Source: Antedon mediterranea (taxonomy: Eukaryota > Animalia > Echinodermata). Taken from it: a stretch of DNA of 64,000 nucleotides. The notes below the pieces were generated by a model. It saw only the letters and a list, made by a program, of their open reading frames with translations, searched no databases and was not told the origin of the DNA. Positions 24,811-64,000 of the stretch are shown here, in pieces; within the stretch, counting starts at the first letter, position 1, and every line of letters starts with the position of its first letter. Location of the stretch: contig NC_092680.1 in the NCBI RefSeq assembly GCF_964355755.1, forward strand, positions 21,337,045-21,401,044, written 5' to 3'. The position numbers and the translations under genes are program-made.

Positions 24811-25174
24811 TGATAAGTAATGCAAACCATGAAAGGGAGGCTTAAACTGTCGTTTTGTTTTCACCAAGGCTGCTGGCTACAAATACCTCTACATCCGCTT
24901 GGATTTCTTTGAAATACCTCTCGTGGGATACTTGTCATTGCGCGCGCCAAGGAGAAACAGGATAATTTCTTTGAAATATCTCTCGTGGGATACTTGCCAT
25001 TGCCAAGGAGTATTACTAAACAGGATAATAATCAATCTTCGTTATTATAATACTGAATTATTCATTATTATATTATTCATTCATTTAATTCAATAAAATA
25101 AATGTAAATAAATTCATCTCGTAGGTATAACAAACATTTCTTTTTGTAAAAACGTTCTGCAAGTTCGTATATAA

Positions 25175-25180
25175 TTTATT
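25175..25180 (-). terminator. Candidate polyadenylation signal of the kinase gene
   Basis: AATAAA on - about 300 nt after the stop codon at 25474. Confidence 0.4.
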
Positions 25181-25473
25181 GGTGTTTACAAAAAGAAAAT
25201 ATATATATTATAATTACAGTATAATGATTCCTAAAATATTAGATGCATACCGTATTTATATTTGTGTGGTGATGATGACGAATTTTAATGTAGTCTAATG
25301 ATGAGGACAGCGATGAAATTAAATACCTCTCCTCTGCTGCGTACGCAAATATTATATTGTTATGTTTGCGTGTGTTGAAACAAGGGTACCGTTTTATATA
25401 AATACAAAGAAACGATCTCTTCTTTAATGTATGAAATAAATTTAATCAATTTCTTAATGGCAAGAATGTCATG

Positions 25474-60516
<35,043 letters not shown>

Positions 60517-61153
60517 CTAGAAAACAACAAAATAACAGTTTAATGACAAAACGTACCACAAAATATCAGGATTATTATTATTGTTCCATTTACTACTACC
60601 CCTGTATTATCATCGTCTTGGTCGTCGTCATCATCTTCTGACATCATTATCAACAATTAAGTCACGTTGTTAATTTTGTTTATTCATTATCACCCCATGT
60701 TGGAAATAAATGATTACTAGGCCTAGATGTAAAATGCAGTTTCTCAAAAGTTTATGATCAAGAGTAGGCCAATAGATATCATATTACAACTTATTTTGAG
60801 GGTTTCTCAATGGCTGACAAATTATAATATTAGACAATCAAAAAGACCATGTTCTAAAATGTAAAGTTTACAATTAATTAAACTATAATATGCCAAACTG
60901 GTTGTGTTATTGCGATATACCTTTAAATTGGGCCACGTTTCCCCATATTAAACCGCATCCAGAGTTTAAAGGGGGAAGTTGGTCTGAGGGATGAAAGACA
61001 TGAGCCACATGTGGGGTGGTGTACTGCCGGCCGATGTCCTCGTGACTATTTAAATAGGCCTACACGTTTCTATTTTACGACGACCAGCGGTATAACGGTA
61101 AGCGTAAACGGTAAGCGAAAAATATCAATATGTAGAATCTATGCTATTTCTTA

Positions 61154-61272
61154 CGATCATTTACACAAAACCAGGAGCGGACGGGAAGTTGAGCGTAAAC
61201 CCGCTTAGGATGACGAGCACGTGGTTTTCCGCGCGCCTACCGTTACCGCTCGTCTGCTGTGTAAATTGGCCT
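61154..61272. mobile_element. MITE family C copy
   Basis: Imperfect TIR catttacaca / tgtgtaaatt with tta/taa flanks; homologous in reverse orientation to the ends of the 59299-59625 element. Confidence 0.6.
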
Positions 61273-62041
61273 TAACCGTGTCCATCAATAATATACAAAT
61301 CAAAAGTATAATACAGTATGATACAAATTGGGGTCACATCGTAATATAATCAGTAACGTATTTATTAGCTATATACAATCATCGCTAACGATGGAAATAC
61401 AATCATGTTTTGATAGGTCGTCCGTGGTTCTTAATTGGCCAACACTGACTTGCTATGGGGTCGAGGAATGACCGACGACACGAAGGTAAAATATTTGCCC
61501 TGTTCAATTAAGTTTTCGACAAGTTTGTACTCATTTATTTGATGCTTAGACAGGATAAGTGTGTCGCTTTCTAGTTCATGAGTGATTTAATGATCAGTGG
61601 TTGAAATTAATAAGTTATATATTTCAGAATTCCATGGAAACATTCATCACATTTTTAGTCTAAACAAACGGATACGTGTCTCCTTGTCGCCAGTAATCTG
61701 AATGCGGTAATAGTTTGGCGATAAGTGTCAATAGTACATAGATACTTGAGGCGATTGTTTGAGATATTATTTCGTAGGGTTAACGTAGCTGCTCCTAATT
61801 ACTGGAAATCGAGTTACCTGGCCACTCACAGGCTGATATTACCGAATGGTCACAATTTCTGAAGTTTAAAAATACTCTTTATAGTTTAGGACCACCATTG
61901 CAGAGCAAAAGAGGACGTATTTTATAGAACAACATTTTGGCTAAAATATATACTCATCTCATTCTATCCATATATGATATAAATAAAATATAAGAGATAT
62001 ACTGTATGCTCCATGGTATATTAGCCAATAGGCCTATAATA

Positions 62042-64000
62042 AGACACTATCCAGGCCAGTAATCAACAATCACAAAACACAAGACAAATATCCAGGCCAG
62101 TAATCAATAAACACAAGACACATATCCAGGCCAGTAATCAATAAACACAAGACACATATCCAGGCCAGTAATCAACAATCACAAAACACAAGACAAATAT
62201 CCAGGCCAGTAATCAATAAACACAAGACACATATCGAGGCCAGTAATCAATAAACACAAGACACATATCCAGGCCAGTAATCAATAAACACAAGACACAT
62301 ATCAAGGCCAGTAATCAATAAACACAAGACACATATCCAGGCCAGTAATCAATAAACACAAGACACATATCCAGGCCAGTAATCAATAAACACAAGACAC
62401 ATATCCAGGCCAGTAATCAATAAACACAAGACACATATCCAGGCCAGTAATAAATAAACACAAGACACATATCCAGGCCAGTAATCAATAAACACAAGAC
62501 ACATATCCAGGCCAGTAATCAATAAACACAAGACACATATCCAGGCCAGTAATCAATAAACACAAGACACATATCCAGGCCAGTAATCAATAAATACAAG
62601 ACACATATCCAGGCCAGTAATAAATAAACACAAGACACATATCCAGGCCAGTAATCAATAAACACAAGACACATATCAAGGCCAGTAATCAATAAACACA
62701 AGACACATATCCAGGCAAGTAGCCTAATCAATAAACACAAGAAACATATCGAGGCCAGTAATCAATAAACACAAGACACATATCCAGGCCAGTAATCAAT
62801 AAACACAAGACACATATCCAGGCCAGTAATCAATAAACACAAGACACATATCCAGGCCAGTAATCAATAAACACAAGACACATATCCAGGCCAGTAATCA
62901 ATAAATACAAGACACATATCCAGGCCAGTAATAAATAAACACAAGACACATATCCAGGCCAGTATTGAATAAACACAAGACACATATCCAGGCCAGTAAT
63001 CAATAAACACAAGACACATATCCAGGCCAGTAATCAACAATCACAAAACACAAGACACATATCCAGGCCAGTAATCAATAAACACAAGACACATATCGAG
63101 GCCAGTAATCAATAAACACAAGACACATATCCAGGCCAGTAATCAATAAACACAAGACAGATATCCAGGCCAGTAATCAATAAACACAAGACACATATCG
63201 AGGCCAGTAATCAATAAACACAAGACACATATCCAGGCCAGTAATAAATAAACACAAGACACATATCCAGGCCAGTATTGAATAAACACAAGACACATAT
63301 CCAGGCCAGTAATCAATAAACACAAGACACATATCCAGGCCAGTAATCAACAATCACAAGACACATATCGAGGCCAGTAATCAATAAACACAAGACACAT
63401 ATCGAGGCCAGTAATCAATAAACACAAGACACATATCCAGGCCAGTAATCAATAAACACAAGACACATATCCAGGCCAGTAATCAATAAACACAAGACAC
63501 ATATCCAGGCCAGTAATAAATAAACACAAGACACATATCCAGGCCAGTATTGAATAAACACAAGACACATATCCAGGCCAGTAATCATTAAACACAAGAC
63601 ACATATCCAGGCCAGTAATCAATAAACACAAGACACATATCAAGGCCAGTAATCAATAAACACAAGACACATATCCAGGCAAGTAGCCTAATCAATAAAC
63701 ACAAGAAACATATCGAGGCCAGTAATCAATAAACACAAGACACATATCCAGGCCAGTAATCAATAAACACAAGACACATATCCAGGCCAGTATTGAATAA
63801 ACACAAGACACATATCCAGGCCAGTAATCAATAAACACAAGACACATATCCAGGCCAGTAATCAATAAACACAAGACACATATCCAGGCCAGTATTGAAT
63901 AAACACAAGACACATATCCAGGCCAGTAATCAATAAACACAAGACACATATCCAGGCCAGTAATCAATAAACACAAGACACATATCAAGGCCAGTAATCA
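62042..64000. repeat. 34-bp minisatellite (atcaataaacacaagacacatatccaggccagta), >50 copies, runs off the window
   Basis: Directly visible; accounts for all ORFs from 62349 to 63988. Confidence 0.97.

Noticed and set aside
60992-61002. miR-71-like tgaaagacatg (and miR-219-like tgattgtcca at 8-17)
   Set aside because: Only 10-11 nt match and no precursor hairpin.
61818-61858. Candidate minus-strand micro-exon upstream of the 60516 exon
   Set aside because: The frame needed to join the kinase has a stop and no N-lobe motif.
62349-63988. Cys/Trp-rich repetitive ORFs
   Set aside because: Translations of the 34-bp minisatellite; unit is not a multiple of 3.

Overview
AT-rich, intron-rich animal (invertebrate-like) genomic DNA, not prokaryotic. 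I reconstructed three protein-coding genes by hand from GT-AG splice sites with consistent reading phase. (1) The 3' part of a TRPA1 channel on + (17 exons, 613-9632, 815 aa in window) with an extra acidic last exon. (2) An arylamine N-acetyltransferase with an intronless CDS on - (23062-23943). (3) A HUNK-like AMPK-related Ser/Thr kinase on - (15 exons, 60516-25474, 907 aa in window; N-lobe exons lie beyond 64000) whose HRD arginine codon is split by a 27.5 kb intron. Between TRPA1 and NAT is a ~9.7 kb composite block of two palindrome-built higher-order satellites bracketed by inverted repeats. The window also carries many copies of PIF/Harbinger-type MITEs (3-bp TAA/TTA TSDs), a TTAA-flanked Kolobok-like element, tRNA-derived SINE and LINE-tail remnants, and several minisatellites, one expanded inside a MITE. 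Organism and family names rest on motif recognition only; no database search was possible.
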